Below are positions 31,277-43,172 of a stretch of 64,000 bases of DNA, piece by piece (position 1 is the stretch's first letter; each line of letters begins with the position of its first letter). This DNA comes from Nannocystis bainbridge (GTDB taxonomy: Bacteria; Myxococcota_A; Polyangia; Nannocystales; Nannocystaceae). The notes under the pieces are model-generated. The model searched no databases, was not told where the DNA came from, and worked only from the letters and a program-made list of their open reading frames with translations. Location of the stretch: contig NZ_JAQNDL010000002.1 in assembly GCF_028368995.1 (NCBI RefSeq), positions 1,937,776 through 2,001,775 of the forward strand, given 5' to 3'. A program made the position numbers and the translations under genes.

Positions 31277-33085
31277 ATGACGACCGCGGGCGAACCCTCG
31301 ACCGACGGCCTGCGGGTCCGCCTCGCCCGCGGCGCCCGGGCCGTGCGGATGGCCTGGCGCAGCGCCCCGACGATCGCCGCGCTGTGGATCGCCGCGCTCA
31401 CGATCGCCGCGCTCGTGCCGATCGCCGTCGCCTGGATCGGCAAGGCCCTCGTCGACGCGATCGTCGCCGGCGCGACCGACCGGGCCCTCGCGTGGCTGGT
31501 CGGCGAGATGCTGCTGATCGTCGGCCTCGGCCTGGTCCAGCGGGCCGCCGGCACCTTGCGCGGCCTCCTCGGCGCCCGCCTCGGGCTCGCGGTCAACCTC
31601 GAGATCCTTCACAAGACCCAGCACCTCGAGCTGCGCCACTTCCAGGACCCCGACTTCTACGATCAGCTCACGCGGGCCCGCCGCGAGGCCAGCCACCGGC
31701 CCCTCGCCGTCGCCGCCGAGCTGCTCGGCCTGGCCGGCGCGCTCGTCACCTTGCTGGGCTTCGTCGCCCTCCTCCTCAGCTACAGCGTCATCGCCGTCGG
31801 CATGCTGCTCGTCGCCGCGGTCCCGGCCGCCCTCGCCGAGCTGCGGTTCTCTCGCGCGACCTTCGAGCTGCGCAACCGGCGGGCCAGCGACGCGCGCATG
31901 CTCGGCTACCTCGAGCACGTGCTCGCCAGCGACGAGCACGCCAAGGAGGTGATGACCCTCGACCTCGGCCCGCTGCTGCTCGAGCGCTGGCGCCGGCTCG
32001 GCGAGGGGCTGTGGCACGAAGAGCGCGGCCTCGCCATCGCCCGCCTGCGCTCGGTCGCCCTGCTGTCGCAGCTCGGCACCCTCTCGTTCTACGGCTGCTA
32101 CGGCGCCGTCGTCGTCCAGGCCGCCCGCGGCCAGCTCGGCCTCGGCGAGCTGACGATGTACGCCTTCGTCTTTCGCCAGGGTCAGGCCGCGTTTCAGACC
32201 ATCCTGCTCGGGCTCGGCGCCCTCTACGAGCACGACCTCTACATGTCGAACCTGCTGCGCTTCCTCGCCATCCCCGTGGCGCCGACGCAGCCTCCGCGGC
32301 TCCCCGCCGCGCCCGCGCGAGGCGAGCGCGGGATCCGCTTCGAGGGCGTCGGCTTCCGTTACCCCGATCAAGACGGCTTCGCGCTGCGCAACATCGACCT
32401 GTCCATCGGGCCAGGCGAGACCGTCGCCCTCGTCGGCCCCAACGGCGCCGGCAAGTCGACGTTCATCAAGCTGCTCGCGGGCCTCTACGAGCCGACCGAG
32501 GGCCGGATCCTGCTCGACGGCCGCGACCTCCGCGACATCCCGCGCCCCGAGCTGCGCCGCCGGCTCGCCGTCGTCTTCCAGGACTACAATCAATACCAAT
32601 TGTCCGCGCGCGAGAACGTCGGCTTCGGCGACCCCGCCCACGTCGGCGACGACGCGCGGATCACCGCCGCGCTCGCGGCCGGCGGCGCCGCCGACGTCGT
32701 CGCCGCCCTGCCGGTCGGCCTCGACGCCCAGCTCGGCCGCTGGTTCGCCGGCGGCGTCGAGCTCTCGGGCGGACAGTGGCAGCGCATCGCCCTCGCCCGG
32801 GCCTTCATGCGGCGTGACGCCGACGTCATGATCCTCGACGAGCCGACCGCCGCCCTCGACGTCGACGCCGAAGCCGAGGTCTTCACGCGCGTCCGCGAGC
32901 TCGCCGCCGGCCGCATCGTCTGCCTGATCTCGCACCGCTTCGCCAACGTGCGCGTGGCCGACCGGATCGTCGTGCTGGCCGCCAGCGGCGTCGTCGAGCA
33001 GGGCGACCACAGCCGGCTGCTCGCCGCTGACGGCGTCTACGCGGCCATGTTCCGCAAGCAGGCCCGCGGCTACGCGTGCGACTGA
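31277..33085 (+). CDS. ABC exporter, permease plus ATPase (MdnE-like cluster transporter)
   Basis: TM domain; GPNGAGKST; LSGGQWQRIALAR; ILDEPT; ISHR. Confidence 0.93.
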   Translation: MTTAGEPSTDGLRVRLARGARAVRMAWRSAPTIAALWIAALTIAALVPIAVAWIGKALVDAIVAGATDRALAWLVGEMLLIVGLGLVQRAAGTLRGLLGARLGLAVNLEILHKTQHLELRHFQDPDFYDQLTRARREASHRPLAVAAELLGLAGALVTLLGFVALLLSYSVIAVGMLLVAAVPAALAELRFSRATFELRNRRASDARMLGYLEHVLASDEHAKEVMTLDLGPLLLERWRRLGEGLWHEERGLAIARLRSVALLSQLGTLSFYGCYGAVVVQAARGQLGLGELTMYAFVFRQGQAAFQTILLGLGALYEHDLYMSNLLRFLAIPVAPTQPPRLPAAPARGERGIRFEGVGFRYPDQDGFALRNIDLSIGPGETVALVGPNGAGKSTFIKLLAGLYEPTEGRILLDGRDLRDIPRPELRRRLAVVFQDYNQYQLSARENVGFGDPAHVGDDARITAALAAGGAADVVAALPVGLDAQLGRWFAGGVELSGGQWQRIALARAFMRRDADVMILDEPTAALDVDAEAEVFTRVRELAAGRIVCLISHRFANVRVADRIVVLAASGVVEQGDHSRLLAADGVYAAMFRKQARGYACD

Positions 33086-33147
33086 ACTGCCCGCCGCGCG
33101 CGCCTGCAAGCGCCCGCATCGGCGACCTCCGCGGGCGCGTCGATGTT

Positions 33148-34059
33148 ATGCCTCGAGCCATGTACCGCGCCCTCGCGACCTTCCGCCTGCCTGACGGCAC
33201 GGCGCGCTCGCTCGGCCCCGGCGACATCATCGGCCGGCTGTGGAGCGCCGCCCTGCAGCTCGACGATCCGCGGATCTCCGAGGGCCACGCGATGCTCAGC
33301 CTGCGCAGCGGCGACCTGTGGCTGCTCGCCCTGCGCCGCCGGCTCGGCGTCGAGGGTCGCAGCGTCGGCGAAGTGCGGCTCGTGCCCGGACTCCGGATCG
33401 CGCTGGCGCACGGCCTCGAGGTCGGGGTCGAGCGCGTCGACCTGCCCGCCAGCGCTCTGGCGATCGAAGCGCCCGGGCTCCCGACCACCGTGCTGCCCGG
33501 CCTGTGCTCGTTGCGCGCCCGCCCGCAGATCGAGCTGTCGTCCCGCCATCAGCCCGACGCGCCGTGCATCCTGTGGGACACCTGCGACGGCTGGCGGCGC
33601 TCGCAGGGCGGCCTGACCGTCCCGCTGGAGGTCGGCGACGCCTGGGACGTCGACGGCGTCCCGTTCCGCGCGGTGGCGATGCCGGTCGGCGCCGCCGGCC
33701 TGTCGCCCACGCGCGTGACCGGCGGCATCGATCCGCCGCTGCGCATCGTGACGGCGTGGGAGACCGCGCAAGTCCAGGCCGGCGACGCGCCGCCCGTGGT
33801 CTTCTCCGGCGTGCACGCGCGGATCCTGTCCGAGCTCGCCGCGCTCCGCGGACCCGCGTCCTGGGAGGTCGTCGCGCGCGAGGTGTGGCCCGACGAAGAC
33901 GACGCATGGGTCCTGCGCAAGCGCTGGGACGTGAACCTCGGCCGCCTGCGCGCTCGCCTGCGCGAGGGCGGCGTGCGTACCGATCTGGTGCGAGCCGCCG
34001 GCACCGGCCAGGTCGAGCTCGTGCTGCGCCGACACGACGAGCTCGACGATCGCGGCTGA
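33148..34059 (+). CDS. FHA-like domain protein with putative C-terminal winged-helix
   Basis: GDIIGR...LDDPRISEGHAML (FHA GR/SxxH); C-terminal VAREVWP...VNLGRLRARLR resembles OmpR-type wHTH. Confidence 0.72.
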   Translation: MPRAMYRALATFRLPDGTARSLGPGDIIGRLWSAALQLDDPRISEGHAMLSLRSGDLWLLALRRRLGVEGRSVGEVRLVPGLRIALAHGLEVGVERVDLPASALAIEAPGLPTTVLPGLCSLRARPQIELSSRHQPDAPCILWDTCDGWRRSQGGLTVPLEVGDAWDVDGVPFRAVAMPVGAAGLSPTRVTGGIDPPLRIVTAWETAQVQAGDAPPVVFSGVHARILSELAALRGPASWEVVAREVWPDEDDAWVLRKRWDVNLGRLRARLREGGVRTDLVRAAGTGQVELVLRRHDELDDRG

Positions 34060-34149
34060 ATCATCACAGTCGCGACGATGCCCCGCGCAGGTCCGCGCTG
34101 TTGGATCGGCGTGGGTTTGCAGCGACCGCCGCGCCGCTATCCTGGCGGC

Positions 34150-34845
34150 ATGTCCATCACGAATCGCGTACTCACGACCGTAATCACCGTAGTCGCCGGC
34201 GCCGCCACGCTCACGCCTGCGTCCGCCGCCGCGAACCCCTGCCAATCCGAATGGGTCAAGTTCAAGAATTTCTTCGACCAGAACGGCGCCAAGATCGCCC
34301 GCGGGATCTGCCAGCTCGTCAACAAGAGCGACGCCGTCGCCGCCAAGAAGTGCGTCGACGACTTCGACGCCGCCAAGCAGAAGATCGACGCCAAGCTGGC
34401 CGAGTACAACGCCAAGGCCGACGATTCGCAGTGGAAGATCGGCCCGCGCGGCCTCGGTGAGGCCACCTGGGCCACCGGCACCTTGCTCGGCGAGCGCACC
34501 TTCGCCGGCGCGCCGGTCCTTTCCGACAACTGGCGCCTCGAGCTGCAGCGCACCGGCGGCAAGGCCACCAAGCCGATGCGCGGCACCGTCTGCTTCCTCG
34601 ACGCCGACGGCAACCTGGCCCTCCCGGCCGCCACCTTCGCCATCGACGCCGGCCGCCCGAACTACGACAACACCTTCACCGGCGTCGCCGGCCTCAGCCC
34701 CGTGATCCTGCTCGAGAAGCCGCTCGGCCTCAACGGCCACCAGTACCAGATCCGCGGCACCCGGGGCGTCGAGCCGACGGTCGTCCGCGAGGCCCGCCAG
34801 GTCGACACGACGGCCGCCAAGGCCGCCAAGATGCGCGGTCAGTGA
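34150..34845 (+). CDS. Secreted hypothetical protein
   Basis: Signal peptide ending ASA-AANPC; coding-like codon usage. Confidence 0.82.
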   Translation: MSITNRVLTTVITVVAGAATLTPASAAANPCQSEWVKFKNFFDQNGAKIARGICQLVNKSDAVAAKKCVDDFDAAKQKIDAKLAEYNAKADDSQWKIGPRGLGEATWATGTLLGERTFAGAPVLSDNWRLELQRTGGKATKPMRGTVCFLDADGNLALPAATFAIDAGRPNYDNTFTGVAGLSPVILLEKPLGLNGHQYQIRGTRGVEPTVVREARQVDTTAAKAAKMRGQ

Positions 34846-35216
34846 ACCCGCGCGCGACCTCAATTCGCGCCCGCGCCTCACATGTCCGGAGAGACATATC
34901 ATCACAGTACGCCGCCTCGTCCGCCCCCGGGCGAGCGCGGCCTGTCCTCGGCCGTGCCGCGCCGACCTGTCCCCGAGGACATGCCCATGCCCCGCGGCCG
35001 GTCGCGCTCCCTCGCGCGGATCGTCGCGCCCCGGTCCTCCGCACCGGAAGGCCGCGGCCAGGGCTCATCCCGCGGAAGTGTCCGTACGCCCCCGATCCGG
35101 GCCCGCCCCGACCCATATCACCCGACCAGCGGAGGCCGGCATGTCCGCCCCGGCCCCCAACATCCCACGCATGGTTCCACGCTTTCGCCGGAGCGCGCCG
35201 CGGGTACACTCGGCCG

Positions 35217-37313
35217 ATGCGGCTTATCCACGCGCCTGCGCTTGCGACCCTCCTCTTGAATGCGGCGTGTCCGGCCGGCGGCGGCGACACCGATGCCACC
35301 GCCACCGATGGCCCCGCCACCGACGCCACCGATGGCACCGACGCCACCAGCAACGGCAGCGCGCCGACCGAGGCCGGCAGCGAGGCCACCTCGCAGCCGA
35401 CCACGATGAGCGACCCGACTGACACCGGCGTCGGCCCCACCACCGAGGGCGGTGACGGCAACCTCGAGGTCACCATCGTCGGCGACGGCAGCGTCACCGC
35501 CGATCCGCCCGGCCAGACCTGCAGCGAGGCCGCCTGCGCCTTCGAAGTGCCCGCGGGCCCCGTCGCGTTGACCGCCGCCGCGGACGCCGGCAGCCGCTTC
35601 GCCGGCTGGTCGGGCGACTGCAGCGGCACCGACCTCATGACCGAGGTCGTGCTCGAGACCACCGCCAGCTGCACCGCCACCTTCGAGTCGCTGCCCGAGG
35701 GCGCGCTGCCGGCCAGCATCGCCGCCAGCCGCGAGATCGTGCGCGTCCCGGCCGACGACGCCCCCGCGAGCGACAGCGAGACGACGCTGACGATCACCAC
35801 CGCGGCCCTGCTGACCGGCGTGCACTGGACCGTGCTCGCGGCCGACGACGGCAGCGAGATCGCCAGCGCCGACGGCCTCGAGTACGTCTTCACCTGCCCC
35901 GACGGCCGCCGCGACTACGACGTCCGCGCCACCCTCACCGACGGCCAGGTCCAGAGCACCCTGTTCGAGCGCCGGCTCGTCACCTGCGTCCCGCCGCGCA
36001 GCGACGCCGGCCGCACCGTCCACACCGCCGACATCGGCACGGCCTCGTACTTCCAGAACGGTGAGATCGGCGGCGTCAAGGTCCAGCCGGGCGACCTCGT
36101 GCGGATCTCCGGCCAGGCGAACAGCGACTTCGCCTTCTTCAACTTCCAGGGCACCGCCGACGCGCCGATCCACATCATCAACGACGGCGCCGTCCGCAAC
36201 GACGACACCAGCTGGCTGATGCACCTCATCAACTGTCAGCACGTCATCATCGACGGCAAGGGCAGCGACGACGTCGAATACGGCTTCACCCTCACCAACA
36301 CCGGCGCCGGCGGCCAGGCCGTGTTCGTCCGCAATTACACGCAGGGCAGCAACACCAGCGCCGGCTCGACCGACATCGAGATCTTCGGCGTCGAGATCGC
36401 CGACGGCCCCGACAGCGGCTTTCGCATCTGGAACGGCGGCAGCGACGAGTTCAACGCCGACAACTGGACCTTCGAGGACCTCCGGCTGCACCACAACTTC
36501 GTCCACGACGTCCTCGCCGAGGGCTTCTACGTCGGCTACTTCACCGACAGCGTCGATTTGCAGCCGCCGTCCTACCCGATCGTCGACGCCAAGGTCTACC
36601 GCAACCGGGTCGAGGACGCCGGCTGGGACGGCATGCAGTTCGGCTCGTGTCGCGGCGGCCTCGAGGTCCACGACAACCTCGTCACCGGCTCGGGCCACGC
36701 CGATGAGCCCAACCAGCGCTCCTCCTTGCAGTGGAACCCCGGCAACAGCGGCGCGCTCTACAACAACCGCTTCATCGGCGGCGTGGGCGTCGATCTCCAG
36801 GTCGGCTGCACGGGCGGCGACACCAAGATCTTCAGCAACGTGTTCGTCCACAGCGACGCTGGCTTCTACCTCCACGCCGGCCAGGCCGACGCGCCGCGCT
36901 ACTGGCTGTTCGCCAACAGCGTCGCCGCGCCGAACGCCGTCGGCCTGCGCATCAACATGAACAGCGCCCCCGGCAACTGCGCCGCCGCGGCCCCGATCAG
37001 CGAGATGCACTACGCCAGCAACCTGATCGTCGGACCCGCCGCCGAATCGTGGGAGTTCGCGGCCGGCGACGCCGACACTGCCAGCTGGACGCTGGAGCCC
37101 AACCTCGCATCCGACGATCTGGCCGGCCTCTGCCTCGACGACGAGCTGGCGCCGACCTGCGAGTCCTCGCCCGCGCTCGCCGGCGGCGGGGCCGCGCTCG
37201 CCGACCTCGGCCTCACCGCCGCCGATCTCCCGGGCGGTCACTTCGTCGACATCGACGGCCGCGTGCTCGCCGGCCCGAGCAACTTCGGCGCTCATCAGGC
37301 CGCCGGCCAATGA
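35217..37313 (+). CDS. Lipoprotein with InlB-B-repeat-like domain and right-handed parallel beta-helix
   Basis: Lipobox NAAC; VTIVGDGSVT...FAGWSGDC; repeated Asn-ladder strands (HHNFVHD, YRNRVED, HDNLVT). Confidence 0.85.
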   Translation: MRLIHAPALATLLLNAACPAGGGDTDATATDGPATDATDGTDATSNGSAPTEAGSEATSQPTTMSDPTDTGVGPTTEGGDGNLEVTIVGDGSVTADPPGQTCSEAACAFEVPAGPVALTAAADAGSRFAGWSGDCSGTDLMTEVVLETTASCTATFESLPEGALPASIAASREIVRVPADDAPASDSETTLTITTAALLTGVHWTVLAADDGSEIASADGLEYVFTCPDGRRDYDVRATLTDGQVQSTLFERRLVTCVPPRSDAGRTVHTADIGTASYFQNGEIGGVKVQPGDLVRISGQANSDFAFFNFQGTADAPIHIINDGAVRNDDTSWLMHLINCQHVIIDGKGSDDVEYGFTLTNTGAGGQAVFVRNYTQGSNTSAGSTDIEIFGVEIADGPDSGFRIWNGGSDEFNADNWTFEDLRLHHNFVHDVLAEGFYVGYFTDSVDLQPPSYPIVDAKVYRNRVEDAGWDGMQFGSCRGGLEVHDNLVTGSGHADEPNQRSSLQWNPGNSGALYNNRFIGGVGVDLQVGCTGGDTKIFSNVFVHSDAGFYLHAGQADAPRYWLFANSVAAPNAVGLRINMNSAPGNCAAAAPISEMHYASNLIVGPAAESWEFAAGDADTASWTLEPNLASDDLAGLCLDDELAPTCESSPALAGGGAALADLGLTAADLPGGHFVDIDGRVLAGPSNFGAHQAAGQ

Positions 37314-37476
37314 CCATTCGCGAATGTCGACACCGTCCGCGCTGACGGACGGGGCAAACTCGCGCCGCCGATGATTGGCCCTCCGGCGGGCCCTGGCGCG
37401 CACGATCGCGCCACCCCGCGGCGGCCTCCCCGCGGCCGGTTTACGGTCTTCCCTCGAGTGAGGCATCCTGGAGGCC

Positions 37477-38310
37477 GTGGAGCCGACGGCAGCCGAGCGC
37501 GCGATCGAGTACTACCGGCGGCGGCTCGACGAGCTCGTGGGCGCGTCGTGCGAGCGCGTGCGAGCGGCCGATCTGCCGTTTTACCGGGTGCTCCCGCTCG
37601 CGGCCATGCAGGCCTCGGTCAAGCGCGTGTTCGAGGCCGTCGGCGCCGACCTCGAGCGCGACGAGCCGCAGGACTACCCCGCGATCCTCTCGGCGCTCGG
37701 GATCCAGCGGGCCTCGATGGGCGTCTCGGTGACCGAGATTACCCTCGGCATGCACTTCGGCTTCGAGGTCGTGTCCGAGGCGTTCGCCGCCGACTTCGCC
37801 GCCGACCCCGAAGCCCTGCTGTTCTGGGAGCGCAAGCGCGGCCGGATCGCCTACGCCGGCGTGGCCGCGCTGGCCGACGCCTACCTCGTCGCCCGCGAGA
37901 AGCTGATCCGCAGCCAGGCCGACGAGATCCTGACGCTCTCCGCCCAGGTCCTGCCGCTCCACCCCGGCGTCCTCGTGTGCCCGCTGCTCGGCCGCCTCGA
38001 TCGTGAGCGCGCCGAGGCGCTCACCGCCGCCGTGCTGACCGCCGTGGTCCGCCACGGCTCGCGCGTCGTCGTGCTCGACCTGTCCGGCGTCCCCGCCGTC
38101 GACGCCGAGATGGCCGGTCACCTCGTCGGCGCCGCCCGGGCCGTCGGCCTGCTCGGCGCGCGCCCGCTGCTGGTCGGTCTCGCCCCCGGCGTGGCCCAGG
38201 CCATCGTCGCCGGCGGCCTCGATTTCGCCGGCATCCCCACCCTGGGCGACCTCGCAAGCGGCCTGACTCATGCCCTGGCGCTGCTCGGCAAGCGCATCGT
38301 CGACGCCTGA
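37477..38310 (+). CDS. RsbR-like STAS domain protein
   Basis: LSAQVLPLHPGVLVCPLLGRLDRERA, VVLDLSGVPAVD, LLGARPLLVGLAPGVAQAIV; GGAGG RBS. Confidence 0.9.
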   Translation: MEPTAAERAIEYYRRRLDELVGASCERVRAADLPFYRVLPLAAMQASVKRVFEAVGADLERDEPQDYPAILSALGIQRASMGVSVTEITLGMHFGFEVVSEAFAADFAADPEALLFWERKRGRIAYAGVAALADAYLVAREKLIRSQADEILTLSAQVLPLHPGVLVCPLLGRLDRERAEALTAAVLTAVVRHGSRVVVLDLSGVPAVDAEMAGHLVGAARAVGLLGARPLLVGLAPGVAQAIVAGGLDFAGIPTLGDLASGLTHALALLGKRIVDA

Positions 38311-38312
38311 TA

Positions 38313-38364
38313 TCGGCTGTCCCTCGGGACATGTGATTCGCGACATGTCCCTCTAGACATGTCT
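38313..38364. repeat. 14-bp-phased CATG array (3-4 units)
   Basis: GCTG 38316; CATG 38330, 38344, 38358. Confidence 0.88.
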
Positions 38365-38531
38365 GATCCGTCGCGTTCACCTCGCGGCCGCGAAAGACGA
38401 CCGCGATCGAAGCGCGGCAGAGCCAATCGAGGCGCCCTCGCTGCGACAGGCGATTTCATGGGTCTCGATGGGAATCGTCGGCGGCACAGCCCTCTTGTCG
38501 CGCCGGTGACCGCGACGTAAAAGCAGGTCGC

Positions 38532-40082
38532 ATGCTCGCGCCGCGCCTCCCCCTCGCGTCTCTGCTCACGCTCCTGGCCGCATGCGGGCGCGACCCGGAG
38601 CCTCCGCCCCGGGCGGCCGACGCGACCGCGCCCGCGCCGAGCGACCCCCGGCGCGAGCGCTGCACCGCCGTCGCCGAGGAGTCGGCCCGCCTCGGCAAGA
38701 TCACCGGCGCCGTGCTCACGGTGGCGCTCGCGGATCGCCCGGCCGAACGCGACCTCGCGGGCGAGGGAAAAAAGCTCGCGGCCGCCGGCGACGCGATCGG
38801 TCGGGAGATGTTCGCCGAGTGCATGCAGTGGCCCGACGCCGTGATCGCCTGTCTCGGCCCGTTGGACCGCCTCAAGCCCGGCTGCGCCGCCACGCTCGAC
38901 GCCGCCTTCGGGACCGCCGATGCCGTGCTGCCGGCGGACATCCCGGCCGGGCCGCCCCCGGCGTGGTCGCTGAAGCTGCCGGCGAAGCCCGAGGCCCTCG
39001 CCGTCGCGCCGGACGGCGCCGTGCTGGCGATCGTCGAGCGCGCGCTGGTCGGCGTCCGCGACGGCGCGATCGCCTGGCAGAAGCTCGACGGGCTGCGACC
39101 CTGGGTGCTCGTCACCGCCGGCGTCGGCGTGGTCGCGCAGCGCGACCGGGTGCTGGCGATCGACCCGTCCAACGGCCGCGAGCTGTGGTCGGTCGCGCTG
39201 CCGTCGATCCCCGACGCCGACGAATTCGACGATCCTCCCTCCGCCGTGATCGCCGCCGATGCGAGCGACGGCCTGTGGCTCGGCGACAACGCGGCCCGGT
39301 TCTTTCGCCTGCACCCGCCCCGTTGCACCCGCAGCACGGCCAAGCGCGCCGCGCCTGGCTGCCTGGTGGCCGCGGGCGCGCTCGTCGAAGAGACCCTCGA
39401 CGAGGACGCCCTGCTCAGCGTCACCGCCGACGGCCGACGCATCCTGCGCGAGTCCGGCGTCGTGCGCATGTTCGACGGCGACGGGGCCAACCTGCTCGAC
39501 GCCCGCGCCCACGAGCACGGCGCCGCCTTCACGCTCGGCCCGGCCGGCCTGGCCCTCGTCATCGACAACGACGTCGTCTTGCTCGACCCGGACCGCTGCG
39601 GCGGCGACGCCTTCGCGCCCTCGGGTTGGCCGCAGCCGGGTCAGCTCTTCGCCCGCGAGCTCGACGAGTGCCCCGACTGCCCCGCGCCGCCGCCGGGCTG
39701 CCGGCGCTGGCGCCGTTTCGTCGACTCCATGGGGAGCGACGCGCCGGCGCTCGGGGACGACGGCACCGCGCTCGTCCACACCCACGACGGGTTCACGCGC
39801 GCGCTGCGGCTGGGCGACGAGGCGTGGAAGACCGCCACCGGCGGCGAGGGCCCGCTGTTGAGCCTCGGCGACCGGGCCCTCGGCGCCAGCACCGGCCTCG
39901 CGGAGGGCGACCCGCTGGCGCTCTTCGAGCTTGCGATCGCCGACGGCAAATACCTGTGGCGCACGCCGCTGCCGGACGCCGGCACGAACGACGTCGACGA
40001 CGTCGTGCTGCTCGCCGGCCACGGCTGGCTGATCGCCGGCTTCGACGAGACCCTCGTCGCCCTGCAGCGGCCCTCACCGTGA
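38532..40082 (+). CDS. Lipoprotein with PQQ-like beta-propeller repeats
   Basis: Lipobox LAAC; AIDPSNGRELWSV, ADGKYLWRT repeats. Confidence 0.83.
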   Translation: MLAPRLPLASLLTLLAACGRDPEPPPRAADATAPAPSDPRRERCTAVAEESARLGKITGAVLTVALADRPAERDLAGEGKKLAAAGDAIGREMFAECMQWPDAVIACLGPLDRLKPGCAATLDAAFGTADAVLPADIPAGPPPAWSLKLPAKPEALAVAPDGAVLAIVERALVGVRDGAIAWQKLDGLRPWVLVTAGVGVVAQRDRVLAIDPSNGRELWSVALPSIPDADEFDDPPSAVIAADASDGLWLGDNAARFFRLHPPRCTRSTAKRAAPGCLVAAGALVEETLDEDALLSVTADGRRILRESGVVRMFDGDGANLLDARAHEHGAAFTLGPAGLALVIDNDVVLLDPDRCGGDAFAPSGWPQPGQLFARELDECPDCPAPPPGCRRWRRFVDSMGSDAPALGDDGTALVHTHDGFTRALRLGDEAWKTATGGEGPLLSLGDRALGASTGLAEGDPLALFELAIADGKYLWRTPLPDAGTNDVDDVVLLAGHGWLIAGFDETLVALQRPSP

Positions 40083-40095
40083 TTCGCGGAGCGAT

Positions 40096-40196
40096 TCACA
40101 TGTCTAATGGGACATGCTCTGAGAGACATATTTCATTCGACATGTCCATCAGACCATTCGTGACATCGAACCGACGGCATGTCCCTCGAGACAGAC
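40096..40196. repeat. 14-bp-phased CATG array
   Basis: Cores 40099, 40113, 40127(CATA), 40141, 40155(CATT); second register 40164/40178/40192. Confidence 0.88.
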
Positions 40197-40304
40197 GGCC
40201 GTCGCCCTCGTGTGCGCAGCGTCCCGAGTGAGAGCCGCCGCGATCCGCTCGCGTCTCAGAGCAGCATCGGCCCGAGCGGCCGGGCGTGCCCCTGCGACCT
40301 CCGC

Positions 40305-41402
40305 TCACGCCCGCCGGCGCCGGCGCAGCCCCAGCAGCCCGAACAGCGCCAGCCATCCCGCTCCGCCCGTGCCGTCGCTGGCGCACGCGCAGCCCTTCTC
40401 GGGCCCGTCTTCACCGCCGGTCGCGCTGTCCGTCGCATCCGACCCGCCCGTCTCGCTCCCGGCCTCGCCCGTCATCGGCGCCTCGCCGGTCGTCGGCGCC
40501 TCGCCGGTCTCGCTCTCTTCGCCCGTCGTCTCGACCGCCGCCGCGCAGGCGCTGCCCGGGACCGCGTCCGCGTCGCTCCACACCGGCTCGTCCGGCGGCC
40601 CCGAACCATCGGGCTGCGGCGCCTCGTCGGTGCGCACGAAACACGGCGGGCACAGCTCGAACGGCGCCGCCGCGTTGCCGGCCGCGTCGATGGCCACGAC
40701 CTCGAGGCACACATCGGTGCGCACGTCGGCCCCGCCGAGTCGGTCGACCGCCAGCGTGATCGGCACGACCGTCGTCGACGAAGGCCCCCGCGCGGTGCGG
40801 TGCAGCCCGTGCCCCTCGAACTCGCCGCCTGGGTCCCACTCCATCACGAACAGGGGCAGCGCCTCGCCGGCCGTCGGCGCCGGTTGCTCGAGGTGCACGT
40901 AAAGCGTCTGCTCGATCTCGAATTGGTCGCAGCCCGACGTCATCGTGTACTGCGCGTGCTCGAACACCGCAAAGAACGACTTCTCGACGTCCGGCGACGG
41001 CGCCGTCACGTCACGCGCGCCCGCGATGAAGCTGATCGACGCCGGGCAGTTCTCGCCCTCGCCACAGAACTCGCCCGCCACCACCACCGTCTGGCCCGGC
41101 TGCGGCTCGGGCTCGACCTTCGCCGCCAGCGGGGCCAGGCCCGCCGCGAGCGGGGCGTCGACCAGCGCCGCCGGCTCGCCGTCGACCGTCACCGTCACCT
41201 TGTCGAGCGTGATGCCGTCGCCCCAGAACAGCAGCGCCGCGTTGGCCGGATACGTGTCGCCGTCGGCCGGCACGCTCTCGTGGAGCTCCGGCAGCGTCGC
41301 CCCGCACGCGTCGGCCAGGCGGGGCAGCGCAAACAAAAGGGCGCACGTGCTGGCCAGCACGGCGCCCCCCGCGAGTCGGGACCAGGCGTAAGTCGTTCGC
41401 AT
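40305..41402 (-). CDS. MYXO-CTERM surface protein with Ig-like domains
   Basis: Signal peptide; SVPADG; AIDAAGN; acidic TTGE linker; KGCAC..GWLALFGLLGLRRRRRA. Confidence 0.88.
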   Translation of the reverse strand: MRTTYAWSRLAGGAVLASTCALLFALPRLADACGATLPELHESVPADGDTYPANAALLFWGDGITLDKVTVTVDGEPAALVDAPLAAGLAPLAAKVEPEPQPGQTVVVAGEFCGEGENCPASISFIAGARDVTAPSPDVEKSFFAVFEHAQYTMTSGCDQFEIEQTLYVHLEQPAPTAGEALPLFVMEWDPGGEFEGHGLHRTARGPSSTTVVPITLAVDRLGGADVRTDVCLEVVAIDAAGNAAAPFELCPPCFVRTDEAPQPDGSGPPDEPVWSDADAVPGSACAAAVETTGEESETGEAPTTGEAPMTGEAGSETGGSDATDSATGGEDGPEKGCACASDGTGGAGWLALFGLLGLRRRRRA

Positions 41403-41584
41403 GGCTGCCCCGCATCCACCATCCGTGCCGCGCGAACTCGCCTGCGATCTCGAAGACTTCCCATCGTCCGCGGCGCTGGATCCATGGCGTCGCTGTCGGG
41501 CCCCGACTTCCGCGCCGCGCGCTGGTGCCGCGATCCTCGTCCCTTCGCGTCGTCGCCACGATCCAGATCGCCGAGCCTCGCCGA

Positions 41585-41745
41585 TGACCTGTCCTCTCGG
41601 ACATCTCGATTCATTGTCCCAAAGAACATGTCCCTCGAGACATCCATGACCCGGGCTCGGCGCCGCGGCGCCTCGACGACCCATGGACTTCCAAAGCCTC
41701 ACCCCACCCCGCCGAGATCCGCGGCACCTGTCCTCGAGGACATCC
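41585..41745. repeat. Degenerate 14-bp-phased dyads
   Basis: Cores 41588/41602; 41613/41627/41641; 41727/41741. Confidence 0.65.
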
Positions 41746-41848
41746 CGCCCAGCGCCGCGACCGCCGCGCCGCGCTCCGTGAATTGACGCCCACTTGACTG
41801 GTCGACTGCGAGCGGCCCTGCATCTTCCATACGTAGGGAGACGTACGA

Positions 41849-42100
41849 ATGCAGCGCGAAGGATGGTCGACGTGGATCCTGGCGAGCGCGACGCTCGCAG
41901 GTGGTTGTTGTCCTGGCGACCCTCCGTCGGACGACGGACGGATCCGCCACTGGCTCGCGGCCGGCGAGCAACCGGACGAATCGGACGGCGTCCCGTGCAG
42001 CGGCGACGACGAGCGCCGCGCCGGCTGGCGTGACGACGGCGACGACGAGCCCGAGGTCGTCGACGACCCGTCCTGCGACGGCTTCGAGCGCGCCGAATGA
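41849..42100 (+). CDS. Possible small acidic lipoprotein
   Basis: GGGAG upstream; LAGGC lipobox-like; no recognisable domain. Confidence 0.4.
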   Translation: MQREGWSTWILASATLAGGCCPGDPPSDDGRIRHWLAAGEQPDESDGVPCSGDDERRAGWRDDGDDEPEVVDDPSCDGFERAE

Positions 42101-42224
42101 CGGGCGCACCGCGCGATCGCGGCGCGCCCGCGATCGTCCGGACGCGCTGGATCGCCGCCGCTCGCCCTCTGCCTCGCCGATCACGCCGCGAGTGCGACGC
42201 GCCGGCCTCGCAAGCCGCACCGCC

Positions 42225-43079
<855 letters not shown>

Positions 43080-43172
43080 GGCGTTCTCCTGCGACGAATC
43101 TGGACGCTCGCGGCGCCGCCGAGAAGCCGGGCAAATTGCCGCTCGTCATGAAGTTCTGCTAAAAAATCGACC